From: Prorocentrum cordatum
Taxonomy: Eukaryota
DNA: 54,586 nt
Direction: 5' to 3'
Assembly: GCA_963575745.1 (NCBI GenBank)
Contig: CAUYUJ010000227.1
Span: 62,001-116,586, forward strand
Shown piece after piece: positions 23,405 to 36,892 of the stretch (positions are counted from its first letter, which is position 1; every line of letters starts with the position of its first letter). The position numbers and the translations under genes were made by a program. The notes beneath the pieces are model-generated. The model worked only from the letters and a program-made list of their open reading frames with translations, searched no databases and had not been told where the DNA came from.

Positions 23405-26175
23405 GTGGCGGCGCCCCGCCGCCGGCTGCCGCCGGGGCGGGGCCCCCCTGGCGCCGACCCACGGCCGCCTCGCGCCAGGTCTCCTGCAGGCCCGGCGAGA
23501 TCATCTGCAGGCGCCTAGGCTCGGGGCGCGGCCTCTTTCTCGCTCTCTCCCTGTGCTTCGGCTGCTGTCTCTCTGCCTCTCTCTCTCTCTGTTTCTCTTG
23601 TTTGTTTGCTTGCTCGTTTTATTGTTTGTTTGTTTGGTGTGTATATCTCTATATTTTTATATGTGTATATTGTATATACATACATATATATACATATATA
23701 TATATATGTCCTCCTCCTCCTCTTCGTCCTGCTGCCCCCTCCCCCTACCCCCTCTCCTGCTGCTCCTCCTGCCCCTGCTCCTGCATGCCTCCTCCTCCTT
23801 TCTCCTCCCCTCTTTTTCTTTTCTTCCGCTAGCATGTCGTTGCTGCCATGTTTGTGCAGTCCAAGAATTTGCGAGCTGGAAAAAAGGCGCAGCATTTCCA
23901 ACCTTGCTGTCGCGGGAAGTAGAAAGCTGTGGAAACACAGGATCCAACGAAGGCGTAAGGGTGAGGTCGATATTCAAAACCTCCTGATATGAACATTTTT
24001 TTCGGTGAACAAGCCCAGCCACGCATCTGGGCAATCCATTGATGTCTTTGACACGCCCCCCATGGGTGTAGGCTTCAGAATTGCTAAGGTTTTGATTTCG
24101 TTTTAAGAAGTTTCAAACGAGAACTACATGCTGAGAACGATCTGCCCTCAAACCGAGTAACTTCACGATCGAGGCGTTCGAGAACGTCTCAAGCAGAACG
24201 CTCTGAATGGCTAACGAGGTGTTTAGTGTTGCGACGAAGACGGGTTGCCCAGGAGAAGGGTGACTGCTCATGGAGCAAGGCGGGTTGCGGGGGGGCGGCG
24301 AGCGAGGGAGCGTGCAACAGACGGAGGGAGGACGGTGGTGGTGCAGAGTTGCAGACGCCCCTCCGCCTTCCCCGCCCCCTCCTGCTTCTCTTCCCCTTTT
24401 GCCTCCGCACCCGGCACGCAGCTCTGCCTCCTCGACGACGGCGCCGCCGCCGACGACGACGAAGTGGCGTCGAGCGGGGACTGCGGCGAGGAGGCAGGAG
24501 GGCACCGGGGCCAGGCTTGGACTACCAGCTGAACAGCATACTCCTCGAGTACGAGGCTGCGCCCACGGGCTCCCCTCGGACGGGGCCAGCACGAGGACCA
24601 AGCCGTTCCAGAGCGCTCGGGCACGCTTTCAGATCGTACCGAAGCGCTCTGAGAAGGCCGCGGCGCCCGAGGCCTCTTCCAGATCCACCAGATCTCAGAG
24701 ATTCTGGACTGATCCTTACCCGATTTTGACCTCGTCCTGACTTCCTCTTATCCCCACTTCTTCTTCCGCTCTCTTTCTAAGGGGGAAGAGGGGGAGGATG
24801 ATACGGGGGAGTAGGAAGAGCAGTCTTGGAGAGGATGGAGGGGGCGGAGGAGGAGGGACAGGAGGAGGGGGAATGGACAAGAGTAGGCACAGGACGCATT
24901 AGCGATGCCGCAGCACGCTCTCCCGTTCCAATCTTTCTCCTCTTTAGTCCCTACAGTTTGGTTCAACTGTGTTCTCCCTCCTCATTTCCCCCCCTGCTCC
25001 TTCTCCCCCTCCTCCTCCTCCTCCTCCCTCTCCTCCTCGTCCTCCTCCTCCTCCTCCTCCTCGTCCTCCTCCTCCCTCTCCTCCTCCTCCTCCTCCGCTG
25101 CGGGAAGCGCCCCCCCTTGAAAGATGAATGCGCCCGCGGGCCTGTCATGCAGGCGAGACCCCGTTGTTTGGAGTATCTGTCCTCCATCCTTCTCGCCAAA
25201 GGAGGGAGGGAGGGAGGGAGGGAGGAGGAGGGAGGGAGGGAGGGAGGAGGAGGAGGGAGGGAGGGAATCAAGGACATATCGTCGTAACAGTGGTCGTGTG
25301 ATTTGAGGAAGTACCGGCGAGAGCCCCATACTGGATATTGAGAAAGCGACGTCTGCGTCCCTGTCACTGTGTCAGTTTTTTGAAGTCCGGGTCACGCAAG
25401 TCGAGGGAGGAGGTCGTTAGTGGGGGCCCCATTCTCAAAGGGAACCGCCCTCCGTCTGTGCCGCTGTAAATGACACCGTTCGGAACCTCTGGTTAGAAAA
25501 GTTGGGGGAGTCTCAAGTCGGGAGCTACACTTTGACAAGGAGCCCTTCTCCATCGGTGTGAGCTGTGGACGTTTTTAGAGCTAGCGCCCCATTTTGAAAG
25601 GGAACCGCCTTGCATACGTGTAACGGGTGGATTTATAGAATCGAGTGTGCGCGGCGCTCAGGTAAGAGCCCAGCTTTGAGAAGCCCTCCCTCCGTGTAGC
25701 ACTTGGAAAACACTTGGGAATTTTCAAGACGTGTGCGCGGCGCCATGGCAGCAGCCTCGTTTTGACAAGACGCCGGCCTCCATCCGTGGAGCTGTTGGAC
25801 ATATTCCAGGCTTCGGGAGCACAAGCCGTGATGAAGCCTCGAGCGAGACGCTCAGCCCGCCCTGACGAGACGCCTGGTGGTGCGGCAGGGGGGAGCTATC
25901 TGTCAGGAGAAAGGGATGGAGGCCGGCTCGACTCGATCCGAGCCACCACGAGCATTATCCAGGATTGATCCGGCCGCGCTCTGGGCGCGCTTTGCTGAGC
26001 AAAAGCGTCCGCGACGGGAGAAGGAGGGTGAAGGAGGCCCACAGAGCCCCAAAACGGTCCCAGCACGCCCACCATTGCTTCAATGCGGCCCACGAGGCAT
26101 CCAAGACGTCACAGAAAGGCTCCAAACTGCTTTCCGAGAGAGCCGCAATAGGAAACAGTTGTTGATTTCCGTTCG

Positions 26176-26490
26176 CAGGATCCTAGTAGAGCTGGACCCG
26201 GCTCTAGTTGGATCCTATTTGAGCTGAAGTTGGACCAGCTCGAGTCTTTTCTATTAATGCTAGACCAATTTCGAGTAGGATCCTACTAGAGCTGGGCCGA
26301 CCACAAGTAGGATCCTAGTAGAGCTGGACCAAGCCCTAGAATAGAGCTGGACGGCTCTAGTAGGATTTTATCAGGGCTGGACCGAGCTCTACTAGGTTCC
26401 TACTTGAGCTGTACCCAGCTCTAGTACGATCCTATTGGGGCTTGGCCCAGCTCTAGTGGGATCTTTTTAGAGTAGGACCCAATTCTACAG
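26176..26490. repeat. Palindromic 32-bp satellite, left block
   Basis: Degenerate CTCTAGTAGGATCCTA(C/T)TAGAGCTGG(A/G)CCCAG units. Confidence 0.85.
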
Positions 26491-26699
26491 GCTCGGAAAC
26501 ATTCTTCCTATCGCCACACCAAGGCCCCAAGAACAACCCAAAGACAAACGAAACCTTCAGCGCCGAACCCCGTCCGCCTTAGTGGACATGTGGTCCAAAT
26601 GCCCCCCCCGTAAAATTCTAAACGGGCTGGCGCCTGCAGGGGGGGGGGCCGCTGGGGTGATCCATTTCGTTAGTTACAATTTAATGAAGGAGAGTGGAT

Positions 26700-27200
26700 G
26701 GAGCCTGGTCTGGGCGATTCTGTTTTGAGGACGTCCGCAGAAGTTGTCTGGTTTGGGCCCTGGTTTGCCCCGGTTTGGCCTCCTTCGGCCTGGTTGGGCG
26801 GCGCGCCTCGTTTGAGACATCCTCACAATTTGCTTGGTTTGGGCCCTGGTTTGGCCTGGTTTGGGCCTGGTTTCGCCTGAGACGTCCTCACAATTTGCCT
26901 GGTGCACGGATTCGCTTGAAACGTCCTCGCAATTTGCCTGATTTGGCCTGGTTTGGGTCCGGTTTCGCCTGGGCTGTCCTCACCGTTTGCCTGGTTTGGG
27001 CCCTGGTTTGGGCACGGCTTCGCTTGAGACGTCCTCAATTTGCTTGGTTTGGACCTGATTTGGCCTGGTTTGGGGACGGCTCCGGCTGAGACGTCCTCGC
27101 AATGTGCTTGGCTTGTGCTGGTGTTCGTTCGGTTTCGCCTAATACGTCCTCACACCGTGGATGATTTGGCAAATTCGGGGGCGTCCTTCGCTTGGACGTC
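26700..27200 (+). repeat. GCCTGGTTTGG minisatellite with CGCCTGAGACGTCCTCACAATTTG units
   Basis: Interrupts the palindromic satellite; core resembles the ~40-bp subrepeat of type A elements. Confidence 0.75.
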
Positions 27201-27411
27201 CTCCTTGGTTGGGGGCATTGTCGGCGCGGCTGTGGACAAACGTCGCCTGCGGGGTCTTTGCACCGCCCATGGTTCGACCTGGAATCCTGCACGCGTATCA
27301 GCAGACATCTTTGCAATTTGCCCGGCATCGGGCGTGGGCATGGTCCGACTCCATCCTAAATGTACTTCTTGTCCTCCTCCTCCTCCTCCTCCTCCTCCTC
27401 CTCCTCCTCAT

Positions 27412-28230
27412 TGGATTAGAGCTGGACGCAGCTCTAGTAGGATCCTATTCGAGTTGAACCGAGCTCTAGTAGGATCCTCTTGGGACTTGGGCCAGCTCTA
27501 GTATGATCCTGTTAGAGGTGGGCCCACTTCCACGGGGATTTCATTAAAATTGGACCGAGCTCTAGTAGGATACGGTTAAAACTGGACCCAGCTCTAGCAG
27601 GATTCTGTATAGCTGAACCGGGTTCCAGAAGGATCCGATTAGAGTTGGGCCCAGTTCTAGTAGGATCCGACTTGAGTTGGGCCTAGATCTAGTAGGATTC
27701 TATTGGAGCTCTGGACTGGACCGAGCTCCATCATGATCTTGTTATAGCAGGACCCAGCTCGGGTATAATCCTTTTAGAGCTGGTCCCAGCTCTAGTAGGA
27801 TCCTACGAGAGCTGAGTGCTGGATCTCAGTAGAGCTGGATTCACTTGTAGTATAGTATTACTCGAGCTGGGCCGAGGGATTTTTCAGGGCTGGGCAGAGC
27901 TCTAGTAGGATCTCATTGGGGTTCAACCCAGCCTTGCTAGGATGTTATCAGAGTTTGACCCAGTTCTAGTTAGGATTTTATGAGCGCTGGGCCCAGCCCT
28001 CTTAGGGCCCTTTCGGATCAAGCTCGAGTCGCATGCTATTTAAGCTAGACCCAACTCCAGTCGGGATTGTATTTGAGTTGGACCGAACTCTAGTAGAATA
28101 CGATCAGAGCTGGACCCAGCTCTACCTGGATCCTATTAGAGCTGGGCCGAGCTCCTTAGGAGGATCCGATTAGAGCTGGACCCAGCTCTAGTAGGATCCT
28201 ACTAGAGCTGGGCCCAGCTCTAGTCGGATT
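27412..28230. repeat. Palindromic 32-bp satellite, right block
   Basis: Perfect unit CCCAGCTCTAGTAGGATCCTACTAGAGCTGGG at 28181-28212. Confidence 0.9.
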
Positions 28231-28481
28231 CTGGTAGTTTGCTGCAGGAGCTCAATTTGCTGGCGCGCACATCCATACTCTTTCGAGAACTCAATTGGGA
28301 ATCCCTTACCTTTTCGCTTCCATTCGCGTGTGGTGGTGCTGGTTGCGCGGTTGCGGTTGCGATCCCCCGCCACCCCCCGCATCTTGGGAGCAGAGTGCCA
28401 GGGTCCCGTCCTCGCCAGCCTGGCGAGGCCGGGGACACGGTACCGTGGCCCCAGGGTGCCGGCGACCCGTTCTTGCCTTGG

Positions 28482-28538
28482 TGTTATTGTTGATGATGCT
28501 GCTGATGATGATGTTGATGACGATGAGGATGATGATGA

Positions 28539-28611
<73 letters not shown>

Positions 28612-28631
28612 GCTGTGGTTGTAGTTGCTGT

Positions 28632-28707
<76 letters not shown>
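28482..28707 (+). repeat. (GAT)/(GTT)n microsatellite
   Basis: Directly visible. Confidence 0.95.
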
Positions 28708-30059
28708 GAACTTTCATTCTTAAAGAATAATTATTGTTGATCCCCCCCACCGGTGCACATTGTTTTTTTTTCAATTGAAGTGCCCCCCCGGGGCTCGCAC
28801 TTTGTTTTTGTCAAGGAAAGTCTTCCTGCTCAAACTGGCCCCCTGGCCCCCGGGTTACAACAACAACGGCTCCCGCCTGAGACTTCTCACAATTTAGCCA
28901 GGACCCCCGCTCCCGCCCGAGACTTCCTCGCATTTTATTCAAGAGTCGCGCTCTGGCTTGGGACTTCCTGACGATTTATTCAGGAATCGCTCCTCCTGCG
29001 CTCTGGAGTCGCGCTCTCGCTGGAGACTTGCTTGCAATTTACTGAAGAATAGCGCCCTTGCTTTGGAATTTCTTGCAATTTACTCCAGCACCAGGCACAC
29101 AGGAGTCGCGCTCACGCTTAGGACTCCTTCACAGATTACCTAGGAATCGGGATCTCGCTGCCCTTCGTGGCCCCGTTGCAGCCCTTCGTGGCCCCCTCGC
29201 TTTGTTTCGTGGCCCCGTTGCAGCCCTTCGTGGCCCCCTCGCTTTGTTTCGTGGCCCCGTTGCAGCCCTTCGTGGCCCCCTCGCTGCCATTCGTGGCCCC
29301 GTTGCAGCCCTTCGTGGCCCCGTTGCAGCCCTTCGTGGCCCCCTCGCTTTGTTTCGTGGCCCCGTTGCAGCCCTTCGTGGCCCCCTCGCTTTGTTTCGTG
29401 GCCCCGTTGTAGCCCTTCGTGGCCCCCTCGCTGCCCTTCGTGGCTACGTTGCAGCTCTTCGTGGCCCCGTTGCAGCCCTTCGTGGCCCCCTCGCTTTGTT
29501 TCGTGGCCCCGTTGCAGCCCTTCGTGGCCCCCTCGCTTTGTTTCGTGGCCCCATATATGTATGCCCTTCGTGGCCCCCGCTCGTTCGCGCCCGTGGTGGC
29601 CCCATATGCATGCCCTTCGTGGCCCCGCTGTCGCCCTTCGTGGCCCCCTCGCTGCCCTTCGTGTCCCCGTTGCTGCCCTCAGTGGCCCCGTCCGTACCCT
29701 CCGCGGCCCAACATACGTATGCCCTTCGTGGCCCCCGCTCGTTCGCGCCCGTTGTGGCCCCATGTGCATGCCCTTCGTGGCCCCGCTGTCGCCGTTTGTG
29801 GCCCCCTCATTGTCCTACGTGGCCCAGGTGCTACCCTCAGTGGCCCCATCGTTGCCTTCTGTGGCCCCGCATTATCTGCCCTTCGTGGCCCACGCTCGTT
29901 CGCGCTCTTCGTGGCCCCATACGCATTCCCTTCGTGTCCCCGCTGTCGCCCTTCGTGGCCTACTTCGTGTCCTTCGTGGCTCTGCTGTCGTTCTCTCTCG
30001 CTCTCGCTTTCGCTCGTCGTCGTCGTCGCCGTCGCCGTCGTTGCCGTCGTCGTCGTCGA

Positions 30060-30095
<36 letters not shown>

Positions 30096-30343
30096 GGTCG
30101 GTCCCCTGTCCGTCCCTCTTGGGGTTGGGTCGACGGTCCGCGGCCGCCCCGCCTATCAGCGCTGCCGCTGGCCAGGCCGACGGTCCGCGGCCGCCCCGCT
30201 GCTTGCTGGGGCCGGGCCTGCAAGGAAGAAAGGTATACCCCCCAAAAGGGGTTCGATCGAAGACGAAAAGGGCGGGTATCGAGGGTTTGGGAACTTCGCG
30301 TGATTCGACACTCGAGCAGATAAGGGAGAACAGTCTTAAACTG
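28708..30343 (+). mobile_element. GTT-anchored element E8 (type A with 21-bp CCCTTCGTGGCCCC minisatellite)
   Basis: Head GAACTTTCATTCTAAAGAATAATTATTGTTGATCCCC, CAACAACAAC 28858, minisatellite ~29155-29990, (GTC)n, tail GAACAGTCTTAAACTG. Confidence 0.8.
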
Positions 30344-30348
30344 ATTGT

Positions 30349-30383
<35 letters not shown>

Positions 30384-30499
30384 TTGTTGATGTTGTTGTT
30401 GTTATTATTATTGTTATTGTTCTTGTTCTTCTTCTTGTTGTTGTTATTACTGTTGTTGTTGTTGATGTTGTGGTTGTCGTTATTGTTGTGGTTATTGTT

Positions 30500-31270
30500 G
30501 AACATTATTAATTCTAAAGAATAATTATTGTTGGGCCCCCTGGTGCACGCCCCCCCCCCCGCGCCTAGGCCGCAGCCACATTTTCATAATTTTCGTGAGG
30601 AAGTCTCAGGTAAAACGATGTCATCCAGATCCGGTTGTTTTGTTGACGCCCGCTTTCCCTGTCAAAAAACACTATAAAATGACATGTCTTGTTCTAACAT
30701 AACCAAACTTCAAGAATCCTTTGCAAAAAATGACACGAAGTGCACACTCGCGCGCGCAAGATGAAATCCTTCCAAAACCTTAGTTTTCGTAGCGATTTTA
30801 ACATAAAAACATGAAAAACCCAATGGTTTTTCAAAAAAAAAGTTTCAAAAAATCATCTTGCGCGCTCTTGCGGATTTCTGAGGAAACCCAATTTTTTTTC
30901 AACATTTCTGTCAAACGGGCTCTTGCGAGCAACTTTTTCACGTGCTTCGAACTTCTGCAACAACGGTTGCGCGCATGCCAGGGCCATCATCCCTGTCAAA
31001 TAATACCATATTGGACACATTCGTTTTTTCTTCGCGCGCGCACGCCGTCGTCGTCGGCCGCGGGGCCCTGAATAGTAGCCACGGTCGTCCGCATGCCACG
31101 AAGTGAAGTGTCCGAACGTCATAGGGCGGGAAGCTGGGTGTGGGTGGTGGCGAAGAGTCGTTTGGAAATTTGGTAGAGCTTGAACCGGCCCCCCCACAAA
31201 GTGGGGGTATTGCCCGCCTCCTATGAAAACCCTGGCACTGGTGAGAACGGAGTGTCCCCAGTCTTAAATG
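30500..31270 (+). mobile_element. GTT-anchored element E9 (type C)
   Basis: Head GAACATTATTAATTCTAAAGAATAATTATTGTTGG, AT-rich unique interior, hairpin CCCCCAC-AAA-GTGGGGG (31191-31207), tail CAGTCTTAAATG; (GTT)n on both sides. Confidence 0.8.
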
Positions 31271-31494
31271 ATTGTTGTTGTTGTTGTTGTTGTTATTGTT
31301 GTAAGTGTTGTTGCTGTTGTAAGGGTTGTTGTTGTTGTTGCTGTTGTTGTTGTCGTTGTTGTTGTTGCTGTTGTTGTAATTGTTGCCGTTGTTGTTGTTG
31401 TTGTTGTTGTTGTTGATGCTGTTGTTGTTGTTGTTGTTGTTCTTCTTGTTGTTCTTGTTGTTGTGTTGTTGTTGTCGTCGTCGTCGTCGTCGTT

Positions 31495-32987
31495 GGACTC
31501 ATTTCTGAAGAATATTTTTTGTTGATCCCCCCCGTCTGGTGTACATGTTTTTTCTCGATTGAAGTGCCCTTCCCGGGGCTCGCACCTTGTCTTTTATCAG
31601 GGAAAGTCTTGAGGGTCAAATTGTGTCGTTGGCCCCCGGGTTACAACAACAACAACAACAACAACAATCACAACAACAACAACAAGAACAACAACAACAA
31701 CAACAACAACAACGGCTCCCGCCAGAGACTTCCTCACAATTTAGCCAGGACCCCCGCTTCTGCCCGAGACTTCCTCGCATTTTATTCAGGATTCGCGCTC
31801 TCGCTTGGGACATCCTTACAATTTATTCAGGAATCGCCCTCGCTGGAGACTTGCTTGCAATTCAGTGAAGAATGGCGACCTTGCGTTGGAATTTCTTGCA
31901 ATTTACTCCAGCGCCTCGCTCCCGACACCCAAGCACCCAGGAGTCGCGCTCACGTTTAGGACCCCTTCACAGATTACCTAGGAATCGGGATCTCGCTGCC
32001 CTTCGTGGCCCCGTTGCAGCCCTTCGTGGCCCCCTGGCTTTGTTTCGTGGCCCCGTTGCAGCCCTTCGTGGCCCCCTCGCTGCCCTTCGTGGCCCCGTTG
32101 CTGCCCCTCTTGGCCCCCTCGCTACCCTTCGTGGCCCCGTTGCAGCCCTTCGTGGCCCCCTCGCTGCCCTTCGTGGCCCCGTTGAAGCCCGTCATGGCCC
32201 CCTCGCTTTGTTTCGTGGCCCCGTTGTAGCCCTTCGTGGCCCCCTCGCTGCCCTTCGTGGCCCCGTTGCAGCCCTTCGTGGCCCCCTCGCTGCCCTTCGT
32301 GGCCCCCTCGCTGCTTTTCGTGGTCCCATTTATGTATGCCCTTCGTGGCCCCCGCTCGTTGGCGCCCGTGGTGGCCCCATATGCATGCCCTTCGTGGTCC
32401 CGCTGTCGCCCTTCGTGGCCCCCTCGCTGCCCTTCGTGGCCCCGTTGCTGCCCTCAGTGGCCCCGTCCTTGCCCTCCGCGGCCCAGTATACGTATGCCCT
32501 TTGTGGCCCCCGCTCGTTCGCGCCCGTTGTGGCCCCATGTGCATGCCCTTCGTGGCCCCGCTGTCGCCGTTTGTGGCCCCCTCACTGTCTTACGTGGCCC
32601 AGTTGCTACCTTCAGTGGTCCCGTCGTTGCCTTTCATGGCCCCGCATGATCTGCCCTTCGTGGCCCCCGATCGTTCGCGCCCGTCGTGGCCCCATGCGCA
32701 TGCCCTTCGTGGCCCCGTTGTCGCCCTTCGTGCCCCCCTTCCTGCCCTTCGTGGCCCCGCTGTCGCCCTTCGTGGCCCCCTCGCTGCCCTTCGTGGCCCC
32801 GTTGCTGCCCTCAGTGGCCCCGTCCTTGCCCTCCGCGGCCCAGTATACGTATGCCCTTCGTGGCCCCCGCTCGTTCGCGCTCTTCGTGGCCCCATACTCA
32901 TTCCCTTCGTGTCCCTGCTGTCGCCCTTCGTGGCCTACCTCGTGTCCTTGTGGCCCTGCTGTCGTTCTCTCTCGCTCTCGCTTTCGC

Positions 32988-33018
<31 letters not shown>

Positions 33019-33347
33019 TGTCGTCGTCGTCGTCGCCGTCGTCGTTGACGACGTCGTCGTCGTCGTCGTTGTTGTCGTCGTCGTCGTCGTCGTCGTCGTG
33101 GTCGGTCCTCTGTCCGTCCCTCTTGGGGTCGGGTCGACGGTCCGCGGCCGCCCCGCCGGTCAGCGTTGCCGCTGGCCAGGCCGACGGTCCGCGGCCGCCC
33201 CGCCGCTTGCCGGGGCCCGGCCTGCAGGGAAGAAAGGTATACCCCCCAAAAGGGGTTCGATCGAAGACGAAGAGGGCGTGAATCGAGGGTTTGGGAAATA
33301 TGCGTTATTGGACACTCGAACAGATAAGGGCGAACAGTCTTAAAATG
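31495..33347 (+). mobile_element. GTT-anchored element E10 (type A, paralogue of E8)
   Basis: Same layout as E8; (CAA)n expanded to ~70 bp (31644-31713); minisatellite ~31993-32965. Confidence 0.8.
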
Positions 33348-33659
<312 letters not shown>

Positions 33660-34429
33660 GAACATTATTTATTCTAAAGAATAATTATTGTTGGGACCCC
33701 TGGTGCGCGCCCCCCCGCCGCGCCTAGGCCGCAGCCACATTTTCATCATTTTCGTGAGGAAGTCTCAGGCAAAACGGGGGTGTCCGGATCCGGTTGTTTT
33801 GTTGACGCCCGCTTTCCCTTGCAAAAAATAAGCTAAAGTGGACATTTCTTGTTCTAACATAACCAAACTTCAAGAATCCCTTGCAAAAAATAAGGTAAAG
33901 TGCACACTCGCGCGCGCAAGATGAAATCCTTCCAAAACCTTAGTTTTCGTAGCGATTTTAACATAAAAACATGAAAAACCCAATGGTTTTTCAAAAAAAA
34001 GTTTCAAACATTCATCTTGCGCGCTCTTGCGGATTTCTGAGGAAACCCAATATTTTTTCAACATTTCTGTCAAACGGGCTCTTGCGAGCAACTTTTTCAC
34101 GTGCTTCGAACTTCTGCAACAACGGTTGCGCGCATGCCAGGGCCATCATCCCTGTCAAATAATACCATATTGGACACATTCGTTTTTTCTTCGCGCGCGC
34201 ACGCCGTCGTCGTCGGCCGCGGGGCCCTGAATAGTAGCCACGGTCGTCCGCATGCCACGAAGTGAAGTGTCCGAACGTCATAGGGCGGGAAGCTGGGTGT
34301 GGGTGGTGGCGAAGAGTCGTTTGGAAATTTGGTAGAGCTTGAACCGGCCCCCCCACAAAGTGGGGGTATTGCCCGCCTCCTATGAAAACCCTGGCACTGG
34401 TGAGAACGGAGTGTCCCCAGTCTTAAATG
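33660..34429 (+). mobile_element. GTT-anchored element E11 (type C, near-identical to E9)
   Basis: Colinear with 30500-31270; the 3' ~350 bp looks essentially identical. Confidence 0.82.
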
Positions 34430-34589
34430 ATTGTTGTTGTTGTTGTTGTTGTTGATGTTAGGGTTGTTGTTGTTGTGGTGGTGTTTGTAGATGTTGTTGT
34501 ACATGTTGATGATGAGGATGCTGATCATGAAGATGGTGATGCTGATGATAATGGTGCTAGTGATGATGACGATTATGATGGAACTAGGT

Positions 34590-35090
34590 TAGGCTGTATC
34601 GGGGCTGTCTTGGACTTCTGTGAGGCAGTCTTGGGGATCCTTTAGGGCCCTCTTGGGCCGTTTTGGGGCCCTCTTACGCTGGCTTGGGGTTCTGTTGGAC
34701 CGTCTCGGGGCCCTCGGGGGCCGTCGCGGGGCTGTCTTGCATCGTCTTGGGCAGTCAAATGGCCTTTGTGGCCATCTTGGGTCCCACGGGAGGCCGTCTT
34801 GTGCCGTGTTGGGGCCGTCTTGGATGCCTCTCGGTCCATCGTGAAGTCCTCTTGGGCCATCTTGAGCTGACGGCAGCCCGAAGGCGAGAAAGCGAAAATC
34901 AACCAACAACCAAAGGGAAACATGATTTTGAGATTTTGGCTTCTTCGGACCCTGGTGGAGGTCCCTCTTGCAGGCATCTTGGGCCGTCTCGAAGCAATAT
35001 TTGGCCGTCTTGGGGCCATCTTGTTGGGCCGTCTTCGAGGCGTCTTGGGCCGTCTTGGTGTCCTTGGCTGCCTGCACTGGCCGTCTAGGA
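34590..35090 (+). repeat. GGGCCGTCTTG minisatellite family
   Basis: Iterated TTGGGCCGTC units. Confidence 0.8.
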
Positions 35091-36892
35091 AGCTCGCGAC
35101 GCATATCCATTTTTTTAACGAGGGATCGTGGCCTGGGAGGCCCTGGAGCGCTTGGGAGCAGCGCCTGGGAATGCGGAATCGCACAGTGGGATGAGGGCTC
35201 TAGGAGGTGGCAGCCATGCGGGAAGTGTGCAATCGTCGAGCGGGCGCGCATGGAACGATGGTTGAGGCAATAGCTGTCATGCGGGAAGTGCACCATCCTC
35301 GAGCGGGAATGCGTGGAACGGGGATTCAGGCATCAGCTGCCATGGAAGCAGTGCACCATCCTCGAGCGGGCACGAGGAGAGTGGCCTTGGTGAGTCGGGT
35401 GGACGCACGCGACAGTCCGCGGAAACTAGAATTCAGAAAAACCCTATCAGGCATATCTTGGCACTCTTCCACACCTCAACGTGCACAGGGCACAGTGGCG
35501 GGTATAGGTATACACATGTACACGTAGCACCCCGCCCTTGCGGATAAGAGTGAGGGCGGCGGGGCGGCGGCGCGACCGAAGCCAGGGTGGGAGTGGTCGG
35601 AGGCGCACGCCAGAAGGCTGGGAGGGCAGAGAGGAGGAGGGGCGCGCAGGGCAGGCTGAACGGGCGGGTGGAATCCGTTGGACGAGTTTTTTTTTCTTTG
35701 TGGGTGCTGTTTTTCCTCCTGGGGGGCCGATGGCTGTCGCGGCCCAGCGAGGACATCCGCTGCGCAGACCTCCACCGCCGCTCCTGCCAGGGGGGCGCGC
35801 TGGCATCCGCGCGAGCCCCCTCCCAGAATCCTGCCTCGCTCGCCGCCCGGTCCGGGATGCGCTGGCCCGGCAGAGCAGCGGCATCCCGCAGCGATGCCGT
35901 CCGCGCAGCGCGCGCGCTCCTCTCGGGCAGCTCCGGGCGTTTCCGCCAGCAGCGCGGTTTCGTTCTTCCTTCGCGGGCGCAGAGGTTGCCCCGCCCGGGG
36001 ATGCACCTGATGGACGAGGTCTCTTCGAGGTCATCCGAGACACGTACGGCAGCACCACAGCAAGGGCAGGCGTAGAATGAGCCAGGACGGGCTAGGATAT
36101 CGGCTTGCCGGGCAGCACTCTGCGCGGTGAGGCCCCCTGGGCCCCGGGCAGATTTCGCACGCGACGAAGCCGGCCGATTCTGGCTTCGCCCTGGGTCTCG
36201 CCCTGGGCGGTGTGGCGCACAAGCGGCAGAGCGCCTCGGGCGGAGATGGTTACGGACGTGGGGGTGTTCGTGTCGGGAGTCCCGTGTCGCCCCCGCGGCG
36301 TGATCCTCCTCCCCCTCCTCCTCCCCCTCCTCCTCCTCCTCCTCCTCCTCCTCCTCCTTCTTCATCCCTCCTCCTCCTCCTCCTCCATCCCTCCTCCTCC
36401 ATCCCTCCTCCCTCCTCCTCCTCTCCTCCATCCCTCCTCCTCCTCCATCCCTCCTCCATCCCTCCTCTTCCTCCTCCCATCCTCCTCCATCCTCCTCCTC
36501 CTCCTCCTCCTCCTCCTCCTCCTCCTCCCTCCTCCTCCTCCATCCTCCTCTCCTTCTCCTCGTCGTCCTCCTCCTCCTCCTCCTCCTCCTCCTCCTCCTC
36601 CATCCCTCCTCCTCCTCCTCCTTCGAGCCTTGGTGTCGCCCCCCAGGTGTCGCCCCCCAGGTGTCGCCCCCCAGGGATCGTCCCGGAGTGCCGCCCCGGG
36701 TGTCGCCCCCGAAGGCGGCGTCCCCATCCAGCCACGCGATGTTCCCCAACCAGAGCTTGCCTCTGTGAGGGTCCTAGCCGATTCATCTGGTTAGATTAGG
36801 GGGTGGCGCCGATTTCGGCTGCACGCCCGCGTGCCCGGGTGCCCGGGTGTCTGGGTGCCCCTGTGCCCAGGTGCCCGAGTGCCCGGTAGCAG

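Noticed and set aside
21540..24240. Unique-sequence islands as host exons (also ~38480-38720, 43450-43700, 47450-48200)
   Set aside because: No recognisable protein motif and stops in the plausible frames. Small exons with non-canonical splice sites cannot be excluded without RNA-seq.
29058..33343. 421- and 469-aa ORFs with ALRGPVA repeats
   Set aside because: Product of a 21-bp minisatellite that is open in several frames on both strands.
35200..35385. 63-bp threefold repeat as a coding repeat
   Set aside because: Short and degenerate with no gene context; treated as an ordinary minisatellite.
35990..36110. Minus-strand CPCC zinc-ribbon-like exon
   Set aside because: A single short Cys motif in GC-rich sequence, with no supporting exons or family signature.
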